Source of the DNA: Candidatus Poseidoniales archaeon
Lineage (GTDB): Archaea > Thermoplasmatota > Poseidoniia > Poseidoniales > Poseidoniaceae
DNA: 64,000 nucleotides
Direction of reading: 5' to 3'
Assembly: GCA_003602415.1 (NCBI GenBank)
Contig: QQSK01000013.1
Span: forward strand, 89,929-153,928
Shown here: positions 56,301 to 64,000 of the stretch, piece after piece
Layout of the letters: the number at the start of each line of letters is the position of its first letter
How positions within the stretch are numbered: the first letter of the stretch is position 1
The notes under the pieces: model-generated
Seen by the model: only the letters and a program-made list of their open reading frames with translations
Databases searched by the model: none
Told to the model about the DNA's origin: nothing
Position numbers and translations under genes: made by a program

Positions 56301-59300
56301 GCAGCCTGCAACTCCTCTGAAGGAGAGAAGCAGGCCATTGCCATCAAAGGGTGGCCAAACAGTTACTCAAACCGTCATCCAATCGAGTGAAACATACGTT
56401 GATCCCGATGCAGCAAAGAAGGCATTAGTGGGCGAGTTAATCGCTGCACAGACTGGATATCCTGCAAAATTCTGTCAAGGTAATGTCGACATGAGAGCGG
56501 TTCTTGGTATGAGCGATGAGCAAATCCAAGTCGTAGTATCTTCAGTTCATGCAAGGTGTAGTACTGACCCCGATTGGGACATTACGATAGCAAAAACTCC
56601 TGGAGATATCACTAGATGGATAACTTCAGCACCAGCAATTGGCTCCAAGTCCAAGTCGATGAAACACGATGATAGAGATGACGACCCGTTCGTAATCACG
56701 GGTATTTCAATGGGCCTTCCTGGTGGAGAAAGAGTGTTTGATGAAGGTAATTTCGAGAAATTGGTGAGGGGTGAAACTTGTATCACCGAAGTGACCGACG
56801 AATACAAACAACGCCTTCTAGACAAAAATATCGTACGTCTAATAAAAGGAAGAGACGGCAGTGTCGGAATGGATGCTGCTACTGAATTTGGAGATATACC
56901 TCAATTAGCTGGAGTGAAATCCGCTTTCGATCCTACAGAAGAGTTCGGAATCGATGCCAAAGTCGCAGCAGCTTGGGATATTGCAACTCAGTTATCTTGT
57001 GCGGCTGGATTAATCGCATTGAAAGATGCAGGTATTCCATTAACTCCTGTGGAACAGGTTGGTAAAGGTGGATTGAGATTGATTCGTTCTTGGCAAATGC
57101 CATCCGCTTACAGAGATAGAACTGGAATAGTATTCGCATCTTGCTTCGCAGGCCATCAAATGGCTGCAAGGCATGCTAAGGTCAATGGAGACGATGGTGA
57201 GGGAAGATTCGACAGAAGATATCTTTTCCAAATATTGAATATGGGCCATTCACAATTCGCTCAGCATGTTGGAATTAGAGGTCCGAATACCACAATTAAC
57301 CTAGCATGTGCTTCTGCAACTGCAGCATTCGGCGTCGCAGAAGATTGGCTTGCCAACGATAGATGTGACCGTGTAGTCATAATCTCTGCAGATGATGTAA
57401 CGGGAGACGACCTATGGGAATGGATTGGTTCAGGTTTCGCTGCCAGCGGAGCTGCAGCAACCAATAACTCGGTTGAAGAAACCGCATTACCTTTCGACAA
57501 GAGGCGCAATGGTTTGATTCTGGGAATGGGTGCAGCAGCATTCGTAGTCGAACGAAAATCAGAATCCGACGCTAGAGGAGTTCAGCCGATGGCTGAGTTA
57601 TTGGGAACTAGAATTGCAAATTCCGCATTCCATGGAACTCGATTGGACGTTGAGCATGTCGCTAGTACCGTTGATGATTTCGTTTCTGAAATGGAAGAAA
57701 GATGGGGATTAGACAGACACCAAATGGCTCCTGATACCGTGTTCTTTTCCCATGAAACATATACTCCTGCTCGTGGAGGTTCAGCTCAGGCTGAAGTCAA
57801 GGCCCTCAGAGACACATTTGGTGCTAGTACGGATTCAATAGTCATTGCAAACACCAAAGGTTTCACAGGACATCCAATGGGTGTAGGAATTGAAGATGCT
57901 GCCATGTTCTATGGTTTAATGACCGGCAGAATACCGCCAATCGCCAATCACAAAGAAACAGATCCAGAACTTGGAAATCTGAAATTATCCAAGGGGGGAG
58001 ATTATTCCAATCTGAAGTATGGAATGAGATTTGCAGCAGGGTTTGGAAGTCAAATCGGTTTGTCATTAGTTCGAAAGTGTGAATTCACAGGAGATAGAAT
58101 CAACAAACAAAAACTGCTGACCTGGAACCAATCTCAGGCAGGAACTACCAATTTAGAATTAAGAGTATTACAAAACAAACTGGTTGCATATGTTGATGCA
58201 GACAACAATTTACACGGCGGAATTCTAGGAGATGAATACGCAGTACCACGAGAAATAGATAGCATCGAGGCTCCAGTAATCGAATCTAGTCCTGCTCCAA
58301 AACCAGAACCTGTGGCTCCAGCACCTGCTGAACCAACTCCTGTTGCGTCGGCGCCTTCAGGTGATACGACTTCTATCGTAATCGAAGTCGTAGTCAAGCA
58401 CACAGGATATCCTGCTGACTTTGTAGAGTTAGACCAAGACCTAGAAGGTCAACTTGGAATAGATACTGTCAAGCAAGCAGAAATAATGGCAGATATCAGA
58501 GAAAAATTCGGTTTACCTATCGATGAAGACTTCGTACTTTCAGATTATCCAACACTGAATCATATGATCGCCTACATCCACAAGATGCAGGGAGGAAGTC
58601 CTGCTCCTGTTGCACCAAAAACAGTAACTGAAGTTTCAACTCCAGAACCAGTTCCAAAAGCAGAACCAGCACCTGCGCCAGCACCAGTTGCTAGCGAGCA
58701 ATCTTCAGCAGTAGATATTCAGCCGAAATTAATCGGAGTAGTGGTCAAGCACACAGGCTATCCCGAAGATTTCATCGAAATGGACCAAGACCTTGAAGGA
58801 GAATTGGGAATCGATACGGTCAAGCAAGCCGAAATCATGGGTGATGTAAGAGAAATTTTCTCATTACCTATCGATGAAGACTTCGTTCTATCCGAGCACC
58901 CTACTCTGAACCACTTCGTAGCCTACATTCAGAAGATGACAGGCGGAAACGCTCCAGTGCCTACTCCAGCACCGGTCGAGACGACAAGTCCAGCCGCTCC
59001 AACGCCTGTTGAAGTTCCAGCAACTCCAACGGTTTCAGCAGATAGCGGAGACATTCAGCCGAAATTAATCGGTGTAGTGGTCAAGCATACAGGCTATCCT
59101 GAAGATTTCATCGAAATGGACCAAGACCTAGAAGGAGAATTAGGAATTGATACGGTTAAACAAGCCGAAATCATGGGTGACGTAAGAGAAATTTTCTCAT
59201 TACCAGTGGATGAAGACTTCGTTCTATCCGATCACCCTACTCTGAATCACTTCGTAGCCTATATTCAGAGAATGACAGGCGGAAGCACTCCGGCATCTAC

Positions 59301-62300
59301 TCCAGCACCAGCGCCGGTTGAAGTGAAAAGTCCAGTTGCTCCAACACCTGTTGAAGCTCCAACAACTCCAACGGTTTCAGCAGATAGCGGAGAAATACAA
59401 GTGAAATTAATCGGTGTAGTGGTCAAGCATACAGGCTACCCAGACGACTTCATTGAAATGGACCAAGACCTAGAAGGCGAACTAGGAATCGATACGGTCA
59501 AGCAAGCCGAAATCATGGGTGACGTAAGAGAAATTTTCTCATTACCAGTGGATGAAGACTTCGTTCTATCCGACCACCCTACTCTGAACCACTTCGTAGC
59601 CTACATTCAGAAGATGAAAGGAGGAGGTGCACCAGCGCCAGCGCCAGTTGCGAAACCAGTTCCACAACCAGTTGCACCTCAGCCAGTGCCTTCAACACCT
59701 GTTAGCAATTCCAAGCCAATAGCCGAATCTACCACAAGACGATGGCAGGTAGAGGTCGAACCATGCCCTGCAGTAGCCGAAGGTCTTCCAATTGGAGGAA
59801 CAATCGTGCTAACACAGGATAGCTGGGGCGTAGCAGATGCTTTGGCAGATAGGCTAGTCGAAAAGGGCCTATCTGTAGCGAAGATTGGATTCGAATTCGG
59901 TGCTAAATCAGTTACTGAACAAGAGGAGTTGTCGGGTCATACCTTCAGAGCAGACCCAGGTAGTGAAGAGCAAATCGCCGAGGTTTGCTCTAGAATTTCA
60001 GGTGTTGCTGGAATCATCCACTTAGCACCACTTTCCCTAACCGGAAGTTCTTGGGAAGCCGATGGTCCATCAAATCAGGTGAATCTTGCAGCACAATCTT
60101 GGTTTGGATTACTGAAAGGCTTAGATTCACAATTAGGAGTAATCTCCTCAGGCATTGTTGGTAGTGTAACCGCTTTGGATGGAAGACATGGAAATAGGGG
60201 CGAGCGATTCAATTCACTTGCTTGCGCAGCAAGTGGAGTGACCAAGTCCTATGCCTTTGAGAGGGAAAACCTCAGATGTCGTGCACTTGATTTACACCCT
60301 GAATTGATTATTGATGCAGCATCAGCAGCAGAAGTAATCGACAACGATTTATTCACCGCAGGCGGAGAAATCGAAATAGGAATCGACAGAGATGGCCGAA
60401 GATGGACGATGGTCTGTTTCGCAGAAGATGTCGTTGAAGATGTTGAACCATTACAATCCGATGATTTGTGGTTGGTCAGTGGTGGTGGCTCTGGAGTAAC
60501 AGCAGCATCAATAATCGGTGTATCAAGCGCTAGTAACGGCGCTGGTGCGACATTCCTACTACTTGGTAGAAGCAAACTCGTTGAAGAAACATCGGGATGG
60601 TTGGATTGGAGCGATGACCAACTCAATCAGAGGAAGATGGAACTTAGAGAATCATTGATCGCCGAATCTGAATCTGGAAAAGTGACAATGGTGGAATGGA
60701 ATAATGCTTGGACTAAATTAACTCGAAGTATGGATATTTATCGAACGATAAGCGATATCGAAGCAAGTGGAAACAATGCAGAGTACCACTCAGCAGATGT
60801 TACCGATTCTGAAGCGATTAAGTCCGCAGTCAATGGAAGAGATGTAACCGGTATCGTTCACGGTGCAGGTCTTGAAGAATCTAAACTGGTAGCAGACAAA
60901 GCATGGAACACATTCGACTTGATTGTTAGAGTCAAGGTCGATGGATGGAAAGCATTAGCCTCTGCTGCAGGAGATTCTCTACGGTTTGCCTGTGCGTTCA
61001 CAAGCGTAGCGGGTAGATTTGGAAATCGTGGTCAAACAGATTATGCAGCGGCCAACTCAATTTTGGACGCAGAAATGGCTCGCATGACAGCTAACTCTGA
61101 ATGCAGAGCGGTTGCTATTGGATGGACAGGATGGAGAGATGTTGGAATGGCAACTCGCGGCTCGATAGAAGCGGTGTTTGAGTCATCTGGAATTGAGACA
61201 TTGTCTGTTGAAGATGGTGTCGAGATATTCGTCAAAGAAGCATTAGCAGGCGGCAAAAGAAGAGTTCTAGGCTGCGGCTCATTAGGAAATATGGACCTAT
61301 TCGATTCATTTAGAGAAGCGCCTTTGAAATTACCTGCAGAAATGGCTGCATCGATTGCAGACCCTCGCAGATTCCCTCTTATCGACAAACTCTTGTCTAT
61401 TGAGGAAGGCGAATCCTTAGTATCTCAGTGTACTCTTTCAATGCAAGAACATCCATTCTTGGTAGATCATGCAATCGATGGAGTTCCTTACCACCCAGGC
61501 GTAATGGCGTTGGAGATGTTTGCAGAAAACTCTCTACTGCTGATGCCAAGTCATTGTTTAGCAGGTTTCGAAGAAGTCACATTTGGTTTACCTGTCAAGA
61601 TAATGAAAGGCGATATGACTGTTAGAGTTGAAGCAACATTATCCAGAACCGATGGTGACTTGTCTTGGGTAAAATGCCGCTTAGTTTCAGATTTGACTAA
61701 TTCAAAGGGTGAAGTATTCGGTGAACCAAGATTACATCACGAAGCGATGGTACGACTGGTTGCAACATCAGATGACCTTCGCCCATTCTTACAAAATGAA
61801 GTTGACTCCTTACCAGCAATAGGAACTCCACCTCATGGTGATTTACTACATCACTCTAGTTTCATCTATCTGAGATATTTCCACGGCCCAAGGTTCCAAT
61901 CTCATGGCGGAGTTCTACGTGGCGTTGAAAACGGCGTAGACGGTATTGCACTGATGCGCCACCAACTGCCTGCAACCGACCAATTTGCATTGGAAAGCGA
62001 TGGTGAAGAAGTTCTGTTGGATGCTCTACCAATGCTAATCGAAGCAGGTTTCCAAAATGCTGGATTGGCAGCCATGGAAAGCGATGGATTCTCGAGTCTA
62101 CCTATTGGAATCGAGTGGACTACAATGTTGCGAGTTCCCGATGCAAACGAATCTTTGCGAATGCGTTCAGTCAAAGTTGCTACCGAGGATGCGGGAATAA
62201 CTGTACACGATGTGGTAATCGTTGGAGAAGATGATGCTCCTGTTCTATCGCTCAAGGGTCTACGACTCAAAGCGATGGGCCAAGTGCCTGAAGATCAGAG

Positions 62301-62319
62301 ATTCAGTCTTGAGAGGTGA
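53347..62319 (+). CDS. Type I PKS / PfaA-like fatty acid synthase: KS-AT-(ACP-like)-KS-ACPx4-KR-DH
   Basis: KS1 DAACASS/EAHGT/GHL; AT GHSLG, HAFHS; KS2 NLACAS/SHET/GHP; 4x LGIDTVKQAEI; KR GGGSGVT, YAAAN; DH HAIDGVPYHP. Confidence 0.93.
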   Translation: MTITTTNGKQVDGLNQAPFEPVAVIGMAALMPDATSMEEFWQNIIDAHVSIKEVSKDRWDPDIYWENGAPGNVTEGKTYSKIGGFVEDYEFDWRRWRQPPGTLPQIDPCQLWAVTVSADAIDDAGYGEGGKTLDRARTGVIFANALGGENRSESNIRIFSSEMRKIALDNGATPEQADAMVEKMCEGKPRIDEDTMPGELANVVSGRVANLLDLQGPNYSTDAACASSMAALLDACRLLQTRQVDTMLAGATDRCMEAPTYAKFSAIGALSPSHSTPFDARANGFVMGEGAGVLLLKRLSDAIDAGDDIKAVIRGVGGSSDGRGKGITAPSQRGQVQAVSRAYSQAGYEPSTVELVEAHGTSTKVGDATELSTLSLLWTGLDGGDHIAVGSVKSQIGHLKAAAGIAGIMKACNSVYHKTIPPSAGFQTPNPTVEWDEIPFFVPTEARDWPEPESHPRRAGISAFGFGGTNFHVAVEGYDLEYHSKLVEHWNGRWEAYAGIESSSSEAKPTMTHEELKAVEGGLLLLSGDSIDSLKSKLSALTFSGPNFDDDPRGMRLSFTLDSHWSFDVKDTVRMALSATSWAEFNKRKDLAIKAMDDKEKWGFLMSQGIMISDTPALPKQAKVAHMYPGQGSQYVGMTNDLHSRFSGVGDVWDKADVTMVDVLDGETLSSFVLRDGLTAEEMKEAEHKLKQTEYTQPAMLTADLAIEAALNAHGHKPDMVAGHSLGEYAALMSAGILDMDGALRAAAARGTEMGSVEIDDKGLMASVTAPYDRIAEIIEEVDGYVIAANKNSPKMTVIAGETEPVKQAMSRFEAEGFQCVALATSHAFHSRIVAPANEPLRRFLEGLDIRWPKIPITSNVDGGWYPMDDGGDSKAAILSKLAPQMASSVEWTSQINSMYDAGARLFLEVGPKRALTVFASQILEGKQALPIMTNHPKAGGIATFLTALGTLALAGRVPEWPGPNSAHLTPAFRAGPIEAAGGAKQPATPLKERSRPLPSKGGQTVTQTVIQSSETYVDPDAAKKALVGELIAAQTGYPAKFCQGNVDMRAVLGMSDEQIQVVVSSVHARCSTDPDWDITIAKTPGDITRWITSAPAIGSKSKSMKHDDRDDDPFVITGISMGLPGGERVFDEGNFEKLVRGETCITEVTDEYKQRLLDKNIVRLIKGRDGSVGMDAATEFGDIPQLAGVKSAFDPTEEFGIDAKVAAAWDIATQLSCAAGLIALKDAGIPLTPVEQVGKGGLRLIRSWQMPSAYRDRTGIVFASCFAGHQMAARHAKVNGDDGEGRFDRRYLFQILNMGHSQFAQHVGIRGPNTTINLACASATAAFGVAEDWLANDRCDRVVIISADDVTGDDLWEWIGSGFAASGAAATNNSVEETALPFDKRRNGLILGMGAAAFVVERKSESDARGVQPMAELLGTRIANSAFHGTRLDVEHVASTVDDFVSEMEERWGLDRHQMAPDTVFFSHETYTPARGGSAQAEVKALRDTFGASTDSIVIANTKGFTGHPMGVGIEDAAMFYGLMTGRIPPIANHKETDPELGNLKLSKGGDYSNLKYGMRFAAGFGSQIGLSLVRKCEFTGDRINKQKLLTWNQSQAGTTNLELRVLQNKLVAYVDADNNLHGGILGDEYAVPREIDSIEAPVIESSPAPKPEPVAPAPAEPTPVASAPSGDTTSIVIEVVVKHTGYPADFVELDQDLEGQLGIDTVKQAEIMADIREKFGLPIDEDFVLSDYPTLNHMIAYIHKMQGGSPAPVAPKTVTEVSTPEPVPKAEPAPAPAPVASEQSSAVDIQPKLIGVVVKHTGYPEDFIEMDQDLEGELGIDTVKQAEIMGDVREIFSLPIDEDFVLSEHPTLNHFVAYIQKMTGGNAPVPTPAPVETTSPAAPTPVEVPATPTVSADSGDIQPKLIGVVVKHTGYPEDFIEMDQDLEGELGIDTVKQAEIMGDVREIFSLPVDEDFVLSDHPTLNHFVAYIQRMTGGSTPASTPAPAPVEVKSPVAPTPVEAPTTPTVSADSGEIQVKLIGVVVKHTGYPDDFIEMDQDLEGELGIDTVKQAEIMGDVREIFSLPVDEDFVLSDHPTLNHFVAYIQKMKGGGAPAPAPVAKPVPQPVAPQPVPSTPVSNSKPIAESTTRRWQVEVEPCPAVAEGLPIGGTIVLTQDSWGVADALADRLVEKGLSVAKIGFEFGAKSVTEQEELSGHTFRADPGSEEQIAEVCSRISGVAGIIHLAPLSLTGSSWEADGPSNQVNLAAQSWFGLLKGLDSQLGVISSGIVGSVTALDGRHGNRGERFNSLACAASGVTKSYAFERENLRCRALDLHPELIIDAASAAEVIDNDLFTAGGEIEIGIDRDGRRWTMVCFAEDVVEDVEPLQSDDLWLVSGGGSGVTAASIIGVSSASNGAGATFLLLGRSKLVEETSGWLDWSDDQLNQRKMELRESLIAESESGKVTMVEWNNAWTKLTRSMDIYRTISDIEASGNNAEYHSADVTDSEAIKSAVNGRDVTGIVHGAGLEESKLVADKAWNTFDLIVRVKVDGWKALASAAGDSLRFACAFTSVAGRFGNRGQTDYAAANSILDAEMARMTANSECRAVAIGWTGWRDVGMATRGSIEAVFESSGIETLSVEDGVEIFVKEALAGGKRRVLGCGSLGNMDLFDSFREAPLKLPAEMAASIADPRRFPLIDKLLSIEEGESLVSQCTLSMQEHPFLVDHAIDGVPYHPGVMALEMFAENSLLLMPSHCLAGFEEVTFGLPVKIMKGDMTVRVEATLSRTDGDLSWVKCRLVSDLTNSKGEVFGEPRLHHEAMVRLVATSDDLRPFLQNEVDSLPAIGTPPHGDLLHHSSFIYLRYFHGPRFQSHGGVLRGVENGVDGIALMRHQLPATDQFALESDGEEVLLDALPMLIEAGFQNAGLAAMESDGFSSLPIGIEWTTMLRVPDANESLRMRSVKVATEDAGITVHDVVIVGEDDAPVLSLKGLRLKAMGQVPEDQRFSLER
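58370..59620 (+). repeat. Four tandem intragenic ACP repeats (about 340 bp period)
   Basis: Near-identical repeats; Thr codons at 58465, 58816, 59152 and 59494, separated by Pro/Ala/Thr linkers. Confidence 0.9.
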
Positions 62320-62323
62320 TTTT

Positions 62324-63013
62324 GTGGAGTTAATGGATCCTCCATCGGGTCCACGAATGCTAATTGCTAGAATGCCGATTTCCGATTGTCGAAGTGTACT
62401 AGCTGAAGACATTCCTCGTGCGACAGCCAAACGTCTTGCAGACCATAATTCGGGCCGCCTATTATTGGAGAAATGTTTGGAGCACTGGGAATTGCCTATC
62501 GGCTCGCTAGAAGTTCTACGAACCCAACATCGAGCACCTTACCTGTCTTGGTTAAACGGGGTTTGGAGAAATGAACCATTGCCGGGAATTAGCATTGGAC
62601 ATTCAGGAGATTGGGCGGTTTGTGCTCTCATCGAACCTGGGTACTGGATAGGTATTGATGCAGAGCCAAAAGATAGGGGGATTCAGACCAATGCATTCGA
62701 CATGATGGCCAAAGGTAAAGAGTTAGATTTTCTAATTGAAAATTCAAAAATAGCAATTGAAACATGGACCGCAAAAGAGGCGGTTCAAAAGGCCGAAAAA
62801 CTAGGAATGCACCTAAACCCAAGAGACATCAATTTGACCGAATATAATGTTGAATCTTTCATTCATGATGACCTGATGGTTTCAGTCTCATGGAGGGAGG
62901 CAGGAGATGCTCCAAGGTCTGCTGAAGACGACCTCTTGGATGCTACTTTAGAAGCAATGAAAGATAATCCTAACTTTTCGGTTGGATGTAAAACAACCAG
63001 AAATAATGTTTGA
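62324..63013 (+). CDS. Sfp-type 4'-phosphopantetheinyl transferase
   Basis: ISIGHSG, IGIDAE, WTAKEAVQKA; GAGGTGA SD overlapping the PKS stop. Confidence 0.88.
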   Translation: MELMDPPSGPRMLIARMPISDCRSVLAEDIPRATAKRLADHNSGRLLLEKCLEHWELPIGSLEVLRTQHRAPYLSWLNGVWRNEPLPGISIGHSGDWAVCALIEPGYWIGIDAEPKDRGIQTNAFDMMAKGKELDFLIENSKIAIETWTAKEAVQKAEKLGMHLNPRDINLTEYNVESFIHDDLMVSVSWREAGDAPRSAEDDLLDATLEAMKDNPNFSVGCKTTRNNV

Positions 63014-63014
63014 A

Positions 63015-63485
63015 TCACTTATTCCAAATTCTACTAGATTCCCAAGGTAGACCAAGCAGAATTCCAATTTCTGTCAAGATGACATAATTCAGTAAGAGGT
63101 AACTCAAGTAAGAGATAATTATGATCATTATTGATGTGTTAATAATTTTCCTTCGCTCGCGTTTAGCTTGGTCTATGGTGCAAATACCTCGGCTTCTGAA
63201 GTAGAATACCAGCCCAACACATACAGTGATTGCAGCAATTGCTAGCATTAGCGGTCTGAACCATGAATATCCATCTTCGCCCCAGTACAATGTGTCAGAT
63301 AATGCAGCACCAGTCGATACCGATGCAATACCAAACATCACCAATACAACTGATGGAAGACAGCACATTGATGCAATAACGGAAGAACTAGCGACAAGTT
63401 TCCACAATTTGTGCGGTTGCTCTTGGTCTAAACCGTCAGCAGTAGTTTCTTCCTGCACAACTAATTTTTTTTTGATAAAGTACAA
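63015..63485 (-). CDS. MerT/MerF-like 3-TM membrane protein
   Basis: IASMCCLP Cys pair in TM1, FRP before TM2; start uncertain. Confidence 0.55.
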   Translation of the reverse strand: MYFIKKKLVVQEETTADGLDQEQPHKLWKLVASSSVIASMCCLPSVVLVMFGIASVSTGAALSDTLYWGEDGYSWFRPLMLAIAAITVCVGLVFYFRSRGICTIDQAKRERRKIINTSIMIIIISYLSYLLLNYVILTEIGILLGLPWESSRIWNK

Positions 63486-63713
63486 AAAACATTGTCTAAA
63501 TCTATCATTGCATAACTTGCAAAAGTTTGCGATGTTGTCAATATACAGTCCAAACGTAGAACCCGACTAATATTGAGATTGGTACTATGTAGTACAAAGC
63601 GTGAATTATTCTAGATTTGGTTTTTTCTTCAGAGTTAAGAAAATCACTATCTTTTGCTATAGCATCTCCAATGCCAAGCATTAATTCACCTAAAGGGTCA
63701 ACCATATTTTCAC

Positions 63714-64000
63714 CTAAGCGTTTAGATTTCTAATCTCTGGAGTCTGGTCTGCGATGATGAACTCAAGCATAGCAGCCCACATTACGAACTCCATACTCTT
63801 CTCTAATTCTTCTTGCCCGCCAACTTCTGCGACCATATTGTCCAGTGTATCTGATGGTGAGTGGTATGCTGAGTAGTCTGCATCATACGCACCCAAGTGG
63901 AAAATCGTTTGAGCACCTAAGTTACGGAAGGTGACGTGGTCTGAGCGTCCAAAGGTATCCTCGTGAACATCGAAAACAAGGTCTTCGTGCTCATCCCAGT
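63714..64000 (-). CDS. M28 family metallopeptidase, C-terminal part (truncated by window)
   Basis: GRSDHVTF ... YHSPSDT. Confidence 0.8.
   Translation of the reverse strand, partial: WDEHEDLVFDVHEDTFGRSDHVTFRNLGAQTIFHLGAYDADYSAYHSPSDTLDNMVAEVGGQEELEKSMEFVMWAAMLEFIIADQTPEIRNLNA

Noticed and set aside
58370-59620. ACP repeats as an assembly artefact
   Set aside because: Copies differ by synonymous changes and have distinct linkers, though the copy number needs long-read confirmation
1-64000. CRISPR array, transposase, integrase, rRNA, and the many short antisense ORFs
   Set aside because: No repeat-spacer array, mobility motifs or rRNA seen; the short ORFs are shadows of real genes

Overview
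Gene-dense archaeal chromosomal segment. Cdc6/Orc1, an archaeal type IV pilus operon, GGTGA-type SD sites and large acidic membrane-anchored surface proteins point to Marine Group II Thermoplasmatota (Poseidoniales); this assignment is inferred from gene content. Main points: (1) a fabI - type I PKS/FAS - PPTase operon (52.5-63.0 kb). The megasynthase is KS-AT-(ACP-like)-KS-ACPx4-KR-DH, and all four carrier domains have Thr (GIDT) where the phosphopantetheine Ser is expected. (2) An accessory island (about 10.5-16.6 kb) with tandem tRNA-Arg genes, one carrying an ACG anticodon that is essentially absent from archaea. A candidate structured RNA precedes them, and a GNAT / Cys-rich peptide / C39-like peptidase operon follows. 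(3) A 3-4 hairpin box H/ACA guide RNA at 29.6-29.9 kb; one pocket matches 23S helix 69. (4) A dispersed BoxB/BoxC/Paa-like aryl-CoA catabolic set with a tandem palindromic operator. (5) A seven-CCHC zinc-knuckle protein, a degenerate TBP-like protein and a candidate replication origin beside cdc6. All calls come from motif reading; no database searches were run.
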